Source: Chrysomallon squamiferum
Taxonomy: Eukaryota > Animalia > Mollusca
DNA length: 64,000 nt
NCBI GenBank assembly: GCA_012295275.1
Contig: CM022673.1
Span: 1,488,001 to 1,552,000, forward strand
Reading direction: 5' to 3'
In this document: one piece after another, positions 1-13,872 of the stretch
Numbering within the stretch: position 1 is the first letter of the stretch
Layout of the letters: each line of letters begins with the position of its first letter
The notes under the pieces: generated by a model
What the model was told of the DNA's origin: nothing
The model's input: the letters and a program-made list of their open reading frames with translations, nothing else
The model's database searches: none
Translations under genes and position numbers: made by a program

Positions 1-790
1 TCTTATAATAATAATAAAAATAATAATTGTTACATTTTTTTTTTTAACTACTAATAATTATTGTAATTAAAACAATTATATGAAAAACACAAGTGAACTC
101 AAATGAATTTGACTAATCTTGACAGTATCATTATGTAGTTAATTATGACTGCATGTAAAGTGTTTATAAAATTTAATTCATGTCAACATAATTAATTTTT
201 CTTATCCAATTTATAATGAGTAAGATAATGAGGAAAAGGTTAAAAAAACAGACTGTTAATTATTTTATAAACAACTCTTGAACAGTCTGATGCAAAATCA
301 ATTACACTTTCACTAGACCATTGTGAAGTAAACTGCTATTACTATGCCTAATAAATATTTTTATTTATTTTGTAAATACAGTAAAGACATTTTTCTCATT
401 TCTTTAAATACTTTTATGACATTTTTTATTGGAACATTAACATTTAAGTAATAATATATTTTTGTTTTTCATTTTTGTAATAAAGCCTTTTTATCAAACT
501 CTTGATTTAAACAATAATATTAAAAAGTTACAGCACCAGTGCTTCATTCTTTTTTTTTAATATTTTGTATGAATGTTTATTTATTTACTTTTATTTTTTT
601 TACAGTGTAGCTTTTCCAATTTATTATTTTTTAAATATTAAATTACCAATTTAAAAAAAAATAATAATAATTTACTTACAATTATTTATCATTTTTTATT
701 TTTTTATTCTTTTAAAGAAGAAGGAATTATAAACATATTAAGCTACAAATGCTCTAGGTTTATTTAACATAAGTATTTGTTTTTTTACAG

Positions 791-954
791 TGAAGGCAGC
801 TGGCATTGTTTGTGTGTTGGGTTTTGGATTTGGTCTTGGAACACTGCTAATCTACAAGCTCTACTACAAATACATTCATCCCATTATAGATCGGGACAAA
901 GATTCAGAGACCTCAAAGTCCAAGTTGAAGGATGAAAACTGCTGTATTTATTTG
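791..954 (+). CDS. Internal coding exon encoding a single transmembrane segment; probably an N-terminal exon of the OTULIN-family gene (its 5' exon lies before the window)
   Basis: Acceptor ttttttacag|TG at 790/791 (phase 1) and donor TTG|gtgagt at 954/955 (phase 0). Translation xKAAGIVCVLGFGFGLGTLLIYKLYYKYIHPIIDRDKDSETSKSKLKDENCCIYL has a ~20-aa hydrophobic stretch followed by basic/aromatic residues. The link to OTULIN is inferred from same strand and no intervening gene seen. Confidence 0.7.
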
Positions 955-3341
955 GTGAGTAACATGAAAGTAAAATTCTTAGCCATACTTCCACTTCCGT
1001 CAAACCTTTTTTCTGCCTGGACAAGTAAGCTGAGAAATATAAAAATAACTGTTGGATTACACCCAGGATTGAACCCAGTACCTCACCATGTCCACACAGA
1101 ATCTTGTTTCCAAAGCTGTATCCCAGCATTTTGTTCATTAAAGTTGTGTCCCTGATGTCCATTGTGTATGTCAGGTGTTACTGGATTATGAGAATTATTG
1201 CAGATACACATAAATGTGATTTTTGTAGGGCTTTTTTCCAGATCAGACAATCTGCTATGGTGGCTTGAAACAGGATCATCTGGTTATTATTTCCAAATCT
1301 ATCTGTCCAATTAGCGAAAAAAACAAAGAAATTTGGACATTTTATTGATTTTTTTGTCTGTTAAAAACAAGAGCTTATAGGATACAAGCTGCATCAGATA
1401 TCTGATGGTAAGTTACTGTGATATGTAACATGCATCCAAATGTAAGAAATGAGATGTTTTTAAAAAGAATGATGAGATTCCATGGTCAGGCTACTGATTT
1501 AATTATTGATGGATTCATTTGCATATAATTATATTATTACAGTGGATACAGATATTTGTTTCAAACTTTCATTATGAGGACATACTGGTTAGATTGGAAA
1601 ATTCTAATCTATTATGTCAGCTTCCACTCCCAATATACAGATATATGCACAAACATACACAAATGTACATTTATGTTCACATATGCACAAACATATACAC
1701 ATACCCAAATTCACAATCATAATACATACACATACACATGAGTGGACAAAGTGATATAATAATCAATTAACTGCATGTACGCTAGTTTTACATGTTGATT
1801 TGATGTTGACATATTTCAAATGTCAGTTATTTGTCATAACATGGTTCAAACAAAAATTTTTTTTAAAATTAAGTAAGCAGTTAACAATGAAATGCTTTGT
1901 TATGAAACCTGTGATTAATGAAACTTCAGAAACCAATTAACTTGCATTAACCCAACACAACGTCCTTAAATACTTGAAATCCCAGCGAACTAATGAATAG
2001 GTTTAAGACTTTGTAATGGTTTTACACATAACAGTTTAGCACAGATTTTGAGCAGTTCTTGGATGTAATCCTATTACCATTTAAGACTCATAACTGAAGC
2101 AGGCCAACTGAAGTAACATCGCTGACAATTTCTTGTCTGTTTATTTCTGCTAGCCCAAGGCCTGAATGTCTAAAAACAGGCTTTGTTACAGGAAGGCTGC
2201 TAGCTTGTAAATGTGTCTCATGATTGGTACACTGATCACTGTGTTGTGTTTATTATGCATCCAGTAATTGGCTGTCAAGTCTTTACAAAAGTCCTGCATT
2301 GCCTCTTAACCCACGTGAGAATCAGAGCCAGCATCAGTAATGTTTTTCATGTGATGTTGTTGTATGCAGGGATGAGACATAAACATCAGTTCAGCAAAAT
2401 CATTACCCATTAGGTATGAGGATACATATATATTTGACAGTTTGTTTTCATTATATGTTGTGATTTTATCACTACTGCTACTAGTGCTACTACTGCTTCT
2501 ACTATTATTATACTGTTACTATACTACTAGTACTTCTACTACTACTATACTACTATAATTATTATTGCCATCTTTGGTAAATACATTTATTTGACATATT
2601 TAATACAAGGGTTCATGATGATTATAAAACGCATTATAAAGGTTAATACAATTAAATATTAATAATGATTAAACAAATATTAATAATCATTAAGTATGCA
2701 GACCTTGTAGCTTACCTGCTTAAAGTTTGACAGAAGTATAATGGGTCATACATTCCTTTCACAATCCTTTCACAGTATTTTAAATATGTTGAACATGTTT
2801 AATATTTTAACTGTGAAACTGGTGATGTGATAGTACAAAAGTACTGGCTGAGGAAAATTTATCTGCGGTCATTGATACTGGACTCATTATTTTTAAAAAT
2901 GCCAGGAAAAGTGTTCACAGTAATTATTATTGATTGTCTGAAAGTGGATGGTTTGCTGATGTATTATTAAACAGAATTTGTTTTATTATTTTTTTATTAG
3001 TAATTGTGCCTTTATGTAGACATATGCAATAATATTATTTTCCTGAAGGGGGAAAAAAAAAAGAAAAAAGTATTACTTGGATTTGTGTGAATGACAGTAA
3101 AATTATAAGTGAATAAATAACACTCAGAAATGTTTGCAAAACTGCATATTTTATTAATTTTGGTTTATACTGTAAATATTAATTGAATTTTTTGTTTTAA
3201 ATTGCTATGAATTCTAGAAGACTATGTAAGTTTAAAATATTCTTCTGTCATGCAAATAAACATCTGTCAGGATAAATACTAAAACTACTTGACCATTTTC
3301 ATGTCACTGAAAATTCATTATGTTTTCAATCTGGATTATAT

Positions 3342-3380
<39 letters not shown>

Positions 3381-3664
3381 TTAAATGAGTTTTCATTAGA
3401 TCTGCATAAGGGGCAAGGTTTATATGTAGCAGTAGTGTAACCTGTGACTCATTGATGTTCTGGTATATGCTGAGCAGTGACTTGCTACTTCTGGTTACTT
3501 TGGCAGAGACGGTTGATTGTACAGCAGGTGCACACTTTATGCTGCAGGTATTGCAAGCATGCCATCATGGAATGTCTGAGCTGTTTGCTAAAAAGGTTAC
3601 TGTTCTCTGAGTGATAATACAAACACTGGTAAAATGTCTCTTCTGAAATTTCCTTTCATACTGC

Positions 3665-4093
3665 TAGAAATATATTTGGTGCAGTCAATACCTCAAAGGT
3701 AATGTCTGGTACAGTCAGTACAGCTGGTGATATATCTGGTGCAGTCAATACAGTTAGGAATATATCTGATATAATCAGGAATATATCTGGTGCAGTCAAT
3801 ATAGTTTAGAATATATCTGGTGCAGTCAAAACAGCTAGGAATATATCTAGTGCAGTTAATATAGCTAGGAATATATCTAGTGCAGTTAATATGGCTGGGA
3901 ACATATCTGGTGCAGTCAATATAGTTTAGAATATATCTGGTGTAGTCAGTACAGCTAGGAATATATCTAGTCCAGTCAATATAGCAAGGAATAGATCTGG
4001 TGGAGTCAATACAGCTAGGAATATATCTGGTCAATACAACCAGGAATAAATGTGGTACATTTAGTGTAGTTAGGAATGCATCTGGTGCAGTCT
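3665..4093. repeat. 30-bp minisatellite in the long first visible intron
   Basis: Unit ~aggaatatatctggtgcagtcaatacagct repeated about a dozen times with substitutions and degenerate ends. Confidence 0.9.
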
Positions 4094-4289
4094 ATTATTT
4101 TGATTTGAGTGGTAATTTTCTGCACTTCGCAGCAGTCTTCATAATAAACATTGACATTTGTATTGAAGCAATTGGTTGTAATTGATCTTCTGTGAACAGA
4201 GTTAGGAACATGTTCTGATTTTTTTTTTTTTTTTTTTTTTTATATTTCATTTACAAAGAAAATAAATGTAATGGCAGGGTTTTTTTTGC

Positions 4290-4455
4290 AATCTCTGTAT
4301 TGATGGATGTTTTTGCACTGTCAGTATTGATATATTTTTATTTTGTTATTATTTTTATTTTTTGCTGTGACAGTGTACATGGATTTTTTCACTGTCAGTA
4401 ATGATGGATTTTAAAATACAGCTGTTGAATTATTTTAGGGAACTTTTATTATTTA

Positions 4456-4517
<62 letters not shown>

Positions 4518-4905
4518 TCTCCAGTCATTTGTGATATTTCTCATGCCATTTTATTTTTTGTTTTTTTACATACAATACTGATTGATTTTAGAAAAATATT
4601 CTATTTAATTTTTAAAAAAAATGTTGACACTGATAATACTAATGGACCTTTTTCATGATGAACACTGATCGATTTTTAGCAATGTGTTAGTGTTACTACT
4701 AATGGATTTTTCATGTGGTCAGTGTTGAAGGATTTTATTTTATGGTCAGTACAGGATTTTTTTTATGTGGTCAATACTGAATTATTTTTTATGTGGTCAG
4801 CACTGATGGAATTTTTACATTGTTAGTATCGATGAATATTCTGAATTATTTTTTTGGTGTGGTCATTATTGATGAATTATGTGGTCATTATTGATGAATT
4901 TTTAC
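4290..4905. repeat. Degenerate tandem repeat (ggattttt...gtcagtattgat) interrupted by an (ATT)n microsatellite
   Basis: Recurrent gatggatttttt(c/t)atgtggtcagt-like units; exact doublet tgtggtcattattgatgaatt at ~4857-4900; (ATT)n at ~4452-4516. Confidence 0.6.
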
Positions 4906-6682
4906 ACTAAGTCAGAGCTGTTTGAAGTGTTAGGAATTAGGTCAACACCCACCCATGAATAATCCAATAAGAGCACTGTGTTCTGAAATCTGTGTGTGAA
5001 GAGAAGAACTACGATTAGAGCTAAATACTTTGCTATAATAAGATTATCTCAGCACGCACACACGTGGATTACTAAGTGTGACTTAAGAACAGCCACGAAG
5101 GAGCTGTCAGAAAAATCAATTAAGCATCTTTAGTTTCCAGTGTTTTCAATTCTTCAGATTATTTAAGGTTTAATTAATTTTCAATAAAGTAGAGGCAAAA
5201 TCATAATTGAAAAAACAAACACCAAACAATAACATTAAAGCATTTCTACTTTTATGGATGCTAGATGGATCATTAAGGCATGTCTGTGTGTATGTTTATG
5301 TGTATGTTTTTCTTGTGTGTATGTGTGTTTATGTATATGTCTGTATAATGTGTATATTTGTGTGTATGTGTGTGTGGATTGGTGTGGATGCGTGTGGATG
5401 CATGCATATTTTACAAGAAAAATCTCTGGATGAATTATATAAACCATTTGTTTATATTTGTATTTTCAAGGCAGTTTGTTTACACTTGATGCTACTGAAA
5501 AACTATTGCATACTCTGGCTTTTTCTGATGCAACATTTTTTGCACAACCTTCCATTGACATAGAAAGATTGTTTGAAATGTCTCAAAATATATGAGCATC
5601 TGCACAGCTGAAAAATAAGAACTGTGGCAAAACAGTACATTTGTTGAGATTTGCCAAGTCTGTTTTGCTTTATTTAATCATCATCATTTTTTTGTTTGTT
5701 AATAAAATTATTTAAATCACAAATCTGAGCTTATTTTAACAGTTTCAGTTTAGAAAAGAAAAAGACAATTCAAAATTTAGCTTTTTGGAAACACATTCTC
5801 TATTTTTGATTCAAAGTAATTTCTGGGAGAGAGAGAGAGTAAAATAAAGTTTGTTGTTTTGGATTAACAATAGCATCTGGAATTACTTCTTTTTTTTTCT
5901 TCTTTTTTGACATAAAACTGTAATCATCAGACAGAAACTTACATATCAGTTGGAACAAATGTTCACAGCTTTTTTTCAACAGACAGCATTAGAGCACATG
6001 ATGTCATTTCACAGATGAGTGAAATATATGACATATATACATATTCTGAAATGTGAACAAAATGCCAGGTATATGGTTGAATGAATCTAATTGCAAATAT
6101 CTAAATATTGTCTTAGAATTTAATCCAATAATTTTCCATGATAGCAGTACAGATCCTTTTTCAGGTGCTTTCCCATAAAACTGAAATCATATACCATAGC
6201 CTTAACTATATCATGCAAGAATGGGAAACAGCCAACTTAGACACTGAGGAGAATTGATCTAGAGATTAGTCTGCAATTCTAGCCATAGAATTATAGTCTA
6301 CTGCCTTTCTAGGAGAGAGTCCTTTCACTGACATATATTTGTCCATTGTCCAGATGTAGCATTATTAAGATAATACCTAATTTGATGGATTACAGTTAAA
6401 CACAGATGATTGATCATTATGATAGACTGCAGAACTCATCAGAAAAATTCCATCCTGAAACATTGCCAGGTGTAACTTAAGTCTTTGAAGAATTTGCAGC
6501 TGGCATCACAGGTTAAAAACAATGCATTCTTTTCTCAGTGCACTGATGTATTTTTGTCCTGCGTTAAACTGAAAAAAAAAAAAAAAAAAAAACGGAAAGA
6601 AGAAAGAAAGAATTTTGAGGGCTGATTACTTAAACAGAGCTGTCTTTACTTAAAATGTAGACTGAATGTGTGTATGCATATG

Positions 6683-6684
<2 letters not shown>

Positions 6685-6752
<68 letters not shown>
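6685..6752. repeat. (GA)n microsatellite
   Basis: Pure GA run. Similar (GA/CT)n runs occur at ~50192-50242, 52106-52188, 58817-58939 and 60119-60194. Confidence 0.95.
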
Positions 6753-6753
<1 letters not shown>

Positions 6754-7181
6754 AGGTTTTTTTTATGCTTTTTTTTTTTTACCTTCTTTTATTTACTGAT
6801 TTTTGCAGAGTACTAAATCTTAAATTGTTAAATTTTTATGTTATTTCAAAAATATTTTATCTATAAATTAGCTAAACATTTTCAGAATAATGTTAATTTT
6901 ATTGTTTGTTTCAGATATTAAAAAGTAATAAGATGGAACAAACAGATAGTGCATACAATGTATTAAGAACATAAAATATGTTAACAGATAAAATGAACAT
7001 TTTAACCAACTGACATGAATTTTATATCTCTTTTAAAACAATACACCAAGTTATTTATGATGTATCAGTTACTAAACCACTCTGGCTTATTTTGTTACCA
7101 TTTTTATTTTGTATAATAATCATTATTTCACATTCTGATATTTAATTTCCAATTTTATAAATATATAAAAAATATATATTT

Positions 7182-7219
<38 letters not shown>

Positions 7220-7531
7220 AACAAGGATAAAAACAACATTAAAAGGCAAATCAATTTTTTATTTGATGGTAGATTGTTATTATACAGTTCATGAATATTT
7301 GATGACACATCAGCATATTTTGATATTAATAGCTTTTACAATTTGTCAAAATATCACAACACTTGTTAATTTTACCGATTCAAATTACTGGATCTTTTAA
7401 TGTATGAACAGGAAAGCACATACCATGTACTTTGCTAAATCACTTGGGTGTGTTTGTAATTGTGTGTATGTAAGGAATAACTGTTCTTAAAATATCGGCT
7501 TTATCCTTCAAAGGTTAGAATGCTGAATATA

Positions 7532-7562
<31 letters not shown>

Positions 7563-8848
7563 TATGTTGATAGATAGCTAGACAGATAAATATAGTAAAT
7601 GTAATTCTTGAATCATATCCTAGTAATGGCACCTGTCCAAACATAATTTCATGTACAATCAAAACTGTTTCTCTTACTAATCTTGTAACATGCTAACACT
7701 AACCTAGATTCCTTGATTGCATGCCAAAGATAAAATCTTCTGTGAATGAAAAGATTGACCGAATGAACTGTTTTAGATAACTCTGCTTCATTTAATACAG
7801 ATAATGGTTCTGTGCTTTGAAAAATCCACATGAAATATAAAAAATAATATGTAGGAAGAAAATCAGAATTTGTTAAGTAATTGGCAAAACAAATAAATTA
7901 AATTTACTTAGCACTGAAGATTCTTTTTTCTCTCTGACATTTATAAAATTTATGTATACCTAATATGTTATTCCATTTGATCCTGTAACTTCATTAATGT
8001 ATCGTGCATCAGTGAACATGTTCTCAAAGTAAATGGTGTTTGTTTGTCTTCAGATAAATAAAAGTGTGTGGTGTGTTTCTTCAATTTTTGTCACCAGTAC
8101 TCAGATCAGGCAGAACAGTTGGATGTATGTCATACATAAACAATCATTTTCTTTAATCAAGTAATAACAAACAACCAGTTCCTGAAACCATGTTGTATAT
8201 AAAGAAAAGTGAATAATTAAAGAACTGTAACAGTTTTCTATTTTTGACTAACACTCTGTGGCAGCGTGTTCTCCAGGGAAAACAAACATCAGCAGGCCGC
8301 CCTATTGATTTGTATCCTCATTCTGTCTTCTCACATCTATCATGATGGATTCCTTGTTGATCACGTTCTCATGCAGTTGATTCAACCTGCACAGTTTTGC
8401 TGGACTCAGATAAAATAATTGCCTACATGCACTATTAAGAACATTAACCTCTGCATGTTGTCTCTAATTGGCTCAGTTATGACACTAATGATAACTGAAA
8501 CAACAACAACAACAAATCAGTGGGGTTGATATCCTAAGTAGATTTTTTTTTTTTTTCCCCTCATTCCTGTTCAAGTTCGTTATCTTGTAGTGTATTGATA
8601 CATTTTTAAAATTACTATGAAAATTATAAATTTTTCTTCTTTGTATGACTGTTTGTAAAAAAACCTATTTACGGATCAGAATAGAGATTCTTTCTTCACA
8701 CAGATAATTACATCTTTAAAAACACACACCAGAAAAAAAAAAACCACTATCAGATATCTGATTTCCTTTACATCAATGGCAGTAAAATGACAGCTCACTG
8801 TTAATTAAGGCTGGTTATTTCCTTGTCATTGTAAACCTACACATTTCC

Positions 8849-8879
<31 letters not shown>

Positions 8880-10716
8880 GCATTTGTTTTAAAGTCCATT
8901 TTTCCTCAGTGTTCACTAGATCTTCTTTATGGAGGCTTTTCATCACTGAGGTCTGTTGTTACGAGATTTCTTATTTCTAAAAGCATTTGTATTAATATTT
9001 CATTATTTGTGACAGCATTTTATCTTATTTCTTTGAAAAGTATTCACACCAGACTAAAATGAGTGTCACTGATATTTATAATCACTTTAGATGTTTATGT
9101 TTTTTAGTTAATATCACTGTAATATGAATAGAAATAATATTACATACACAAAGTAAATTCATGGTTCCTTTACTTAATAAGTTGTATAATGATGTAGATT
9201 GTTACATTTTAATTCTTAATTCTGTTTGTGTGCATAATTAGGTAATGACAAAAGGGAAAATATTTAAACAAGGAGGTGCTTTCTCATATCTCAGATTCAG
9301 TTAAACAGATTAAACTAATCTCCTGTTATACAATATCAGTGTTCATGTTCACACTGGGTTATTTCCCATTCCAAACAAAAGTGTTGTTACAAGCCTTCAC
9401 ATCTGTGGGTAGGTACACTTAAAATCCCTCTCTCTGCTAATAATTAAAAGAACAACATCCCATTACATTGTAACATGGTTTTCCTCTCTCATTATCTATA
9501 TAGTTCTTAACCAGTGATTAAAAATGAGTTGAATAGATCATTAAATAAAACATTTCTTTCTCTCTTTTATTACAGCAGTTATATTGAAACACATTAATTA
9601 AACAAAATTAAACTGAGAATTATTCCACTTCATCACTTTTAAGTTAGGAGTGGAGTTTAGTCAACCCATCTTCTACAAGTACTCAGTATTTAAATATCAA
9701 ATATGACTTCAGCTATTGTTTACATAGGTTTTTGTGTGTTCTGTAACCATGACTCCTTGTAGCTTCCCTGTTAGTCAGTATCAAATCTTTGTTAGAATTA
9801 TGTGCATGTGAAGTGACAATTGGGTAATAACAGTTACAGGGGTTTTTTTTGTAGAGAGAGTGGTTGTTCTGCAGTTTTTACTTTCTACATGAGAAATGTT
9901 TACACATATATTCATAAATACCAGTACTGAGACATTCATACGCATACTCACAAACACATGCATACAAACACACACACATACATATACATATACCTATTAA
10001 TTTGCACACACAGAGACACACATATATAAACAAACTCATTCACATGATGATATAAAGACCTATATGATAACCTACATACAAATGCAGAGCACAAGTGTAA
10101 TACAGTACTCATAAACATATATACATACACATACATGCAGACGTAACTCTTGCACATTCTCTCTTTTTCATTCACAATTTCATGTTCATCATTATCTAAT
10201 TCAACCAATCATAACTGTCACAGGGAAAAGCATGAGTCTTTTCTAGTCAGCAATATGTCTGATTTAAAAAGAACATTTTGAATATCTTTTTATTCGTCTG
10301 CTACACATGTCTGGTTAATTGTATGCAACATCATGTGAGTGGGTTGAAAGATTTTTTCTACAAACAGAAAGCTGGAATTGATAATTTTGTTGGATTACTG
10401 CAATAAATCATCTTGGTAACTGGCAAATGAAGGAAAATAATTTTGATGTAAATTGTTAAAAAAAAAAAAAAAGAATTGTAATTGTTACATGTTAATGGTT
10501 AATGATTAGACATTTTTATCTGGCTGATTTCCATCATAATTTTTTTTTCTTTCTCTCTCTTTTTCTCTCTCTCATCAATATATAATTCGCTTAGTTATCT
10601 TTTATTATTTTTTATTTTTATTCTTGATATTATTTTCTTCCAAAAACAGAAAATATAACCACCTACTGTGTCAATTTTTTTCTTTCTCCTTTTTTATTAT
10701 ATTTTATTTGATTTTG

Positions 10717-10717
<1 letters not shown>

Positions 10718-10778
<61 letters not shown>

Positions 10779-10796
10779 TACTATTATTATTATTAT
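10718..10796. repeat. (ATT)n microsatellite
   Basis: Long ATT run. Other (AAT/ATT)n runs occur at ~25085-25129, 49603-49638, 59620-59693 and 62713-62780. Confidence 0.95.
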
Positions 10797-11870
10797 ATAA
10801 ATTATTATTATTTTATCCATTTTCTGTTTTTTTTTTATTACACATCATGTCCTCTTCTGGGCCAAGCTGCCAAACCCACATCCTGAATTACAAAATCAGG
10901 TTAAGTTCACAAATAATGAAACAAATGCACACATGAAATCAAAGAGGTTCCCACATTAGGTGCACTTTGCCAATTTGTGCCACCAATATATATTTTTAAC
11001 TGAAGAAAAGTGTTGAAAATTAGAACAACACAGTAATAATGATGCCACCTTCTTTACTGAAATTCTGGATCAGCAAGTTTGAGTATGATTGTATAACAAA
11101 CTAAAAACCAGGAACTAAAACAGAGACTATATTTAACTGGTAGACAGTTTTTTTTTTTTTTTTTTTTTTTTATAGACAAACCAGGAAATAAAACTGCATT
11201 TATGTCTGTGGTGGTGTTGGGGTGGTTGGGGTTTTTTTTAGTTGTTTTTTTAACACAAATGAAAACCAGGAACTAGAACAGAGGCCATATATCTCCATTG
11301 TCTAGTTGGTAAATAGTAACATTTTTTTTTTTTTTTGTTAAACTGAAAGGTTGAATTATTATTATTGACTGGCTCTATATACAGCACAAATAAAAAAAAA
11401 CTGTTCTAAATTTATTTTGTAATTCAAGAGAGAGCTCGTGCCTAATGTCATTCTGCCTATCCTGGTCATAATAATGACATCACTTCCTATTGTCAGCTCA
11501 TTTGTGTACATTATCACAGAAAATAAGCAAGGGGAAAGTGGATTTTTTCTCTGTACAGAGGATGGATATGTTTCACTGAATGAAACCGGCTTAATGTCCA
11601 AAGGTCATTGTTTCTCAGTGAGAGGTTTATCCAGTTGATGTGGGTTTTATATACAAGTGTGAATACATTTGTATATTAATGTATTGGATTTTTCTCTATG
11701 ATATTCATTTCAAATGGCCATAGGCTCTATTCTAAAACAATTTCCTTGATGATAGTTTGATACTGTCATATTCAGTAGGTATTAAACATAGGCCTTTGTT
11801 TCTTTATTATTTTTTATTAATTGTTATTATTATTCATTTTTTGTTTGATTTTTATATATTATTTATCTCT

Positions 11871-11908
<38 letters not shown>

Positions 11909-13872
11909 ATATTCAATTTTGCCAGCAAAATATATTTATTTGTTTTTAATTTTTGATTTTAACTTTAAACCTAAAATCCATTGTAATTAAGTTTGTAGAA
12001 GATTTTTAACAAGGAATACCTTGTAATTATTGAAATATTAATCTCTGTTTGATGTTTTAACAAACATTAATAATTAACATACCTTCCAGTTATCTGGCCC
12101 CTAATTAAGCACTGCTCATTAGTTACCGATTCAGACAGCTCCTTGTCCTGTATCTCTTTTGTAATAAAGACCATCCCCTCTGTTCAAAGTCCACTTAACT
12201 GGTCACAGAGACAGAACCAAACAGATACAGCAATTAGGATGGATTAATCATTGTTAATTAATTAAGAGATTATGAGAGTGGTTGGCAGTGTGAGGAGATT
12301 TCGTTTTCAAACACATTTAGTGTTGTCACTGAAAACAGAAATTTTGTCTGAGGTAGGTGTATGTGTATATAGAGTTATGAGAAAGACAGTGTTTTACACA
12401 GTGTCAGGTTTGTGATTTTCAGCTTCTTTTTATCAGTTACTGATAAAAGAAACATTGAACTCTATTTATGTGTTTTAAAAAGTAAAAATCTTAGAATTCT
12501 AATTATGTGAGTGGATTTGGTTTTTAAACACATCAAGTTCATTTCTTATTAATACCATTCCATTTAGTTAATTTTTTATTTTTTTATTTACTTATTTGTC
12601 ATCATGTCGTGTACTGTTCTATTCTGAGCTGTGAATCCTATATATTCAATTTACAAGTAAATCAGGTCACAAATGTTATTTTCATGTGTACAAGTCATTT
12701 AAAAAAAGAAAGAAATTAATATCTATTAATTACTAGACTGAATCATGATGTGAACAGAGTTGGTTTTCAAACATCACATGAGGTGAATTATTTGTCAGTT
12801 TTTAAAAGCAAAAATCTTAAAATTACAAGAATTAGTTATGTTCTGAGTAGTTTTTAAACACATTAGGTCACATTCAGGTAAGTTTGTATGCTAATATAAA
12901 AATAGACATTATATAAATTATTAGAGCAAATAGTCATGTGAGAAAGTATTTCTGATTCATCGTGTAGTTTTGTTGTGGAGAACAGAATCATTTCAGGTAA
13001 TTTTGTGTGTTTTAAAAACAAATACAGTTTGTTTTTATTTTTTTGTTGGGTTTTTTATAGTGGAGATATCGGGTGATTTCAGAGATTTGAGAAATAAACA
13101 AATTTCAGGTCAAAGTTTTTTCAGGTCAAAGCTAGATAACAAAATGTTAGGGTGGTAAAAGTTTGATTACTAGATTACAAAATGTTAGCCTGGTAAAAGA
13201 TCAGCTGTTGTTGCTTTATTAATCATTCAGCAAATTTATCAGTTTTAGCTTATAATATCACTGTCATGTGTTTGAAATAGATATCAAACAATGTATATAA
13301 ATTATTTTAAAGAAAAATGCCTGTTGTTCATTGGGTACCATTTTCTTTTGACCTTTGGATTAGAGGGCTGAATGGCCTTGTAACACATACACATAGATAT
13401 CTTTTTTCTCTTATAAAATAATCATTAAGTCCCAATTTCTATATTATTATTATTCTTTTTAAAAAAATGTTATTTACAATTATGACAACAATAGGTGTTC
13501 AGTGAGTGTGTGTATGTGTGTGTGATATATAATATGTATCTGCTACATAATTATTAAAAATGTTCTTATTGTTCTTATAACATTTGTTATATTAACAAAC
13601 TTTACTGATACTAATAAATGAAATAAAGAAATATTTAATTATGTTTTACATTTGTTTTTGTGGTGTATGTGTGCAATATATATCTATATATGTGTGTGTG
13701 CATGTATATTTGTTAAAGATATATGAATGTATAATAGATATGTTTATGTTTGTACAATGTATGTTATATATATAATACATATGTATATGTTTGTACAACA
13801 CATGTAATTATGTTTATGTATAGAAAGCTAGAAAGAAATTTTATTAATTTATTTTAAATTCTTTTTTGATAG

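Noticed and set aside
1229-1407. Possible exon with a strong donor (ATG|gtaagt at 1408) and acceptors at 1228/1241
   Set aside because: Both acceptors give an in-frame stop when joined to exon 791-954. At most it is a poison exon, and there is no other support.
3693-4034. 113-aa minus-strand ORF with YIDCTRYIPS repeats; regular repeats suggestive of CRISPR
   Set aside because: It is a by-product of a 30-bp minisatellite. There are no unique spacers and no cas genes, and the context is eukaryotic.
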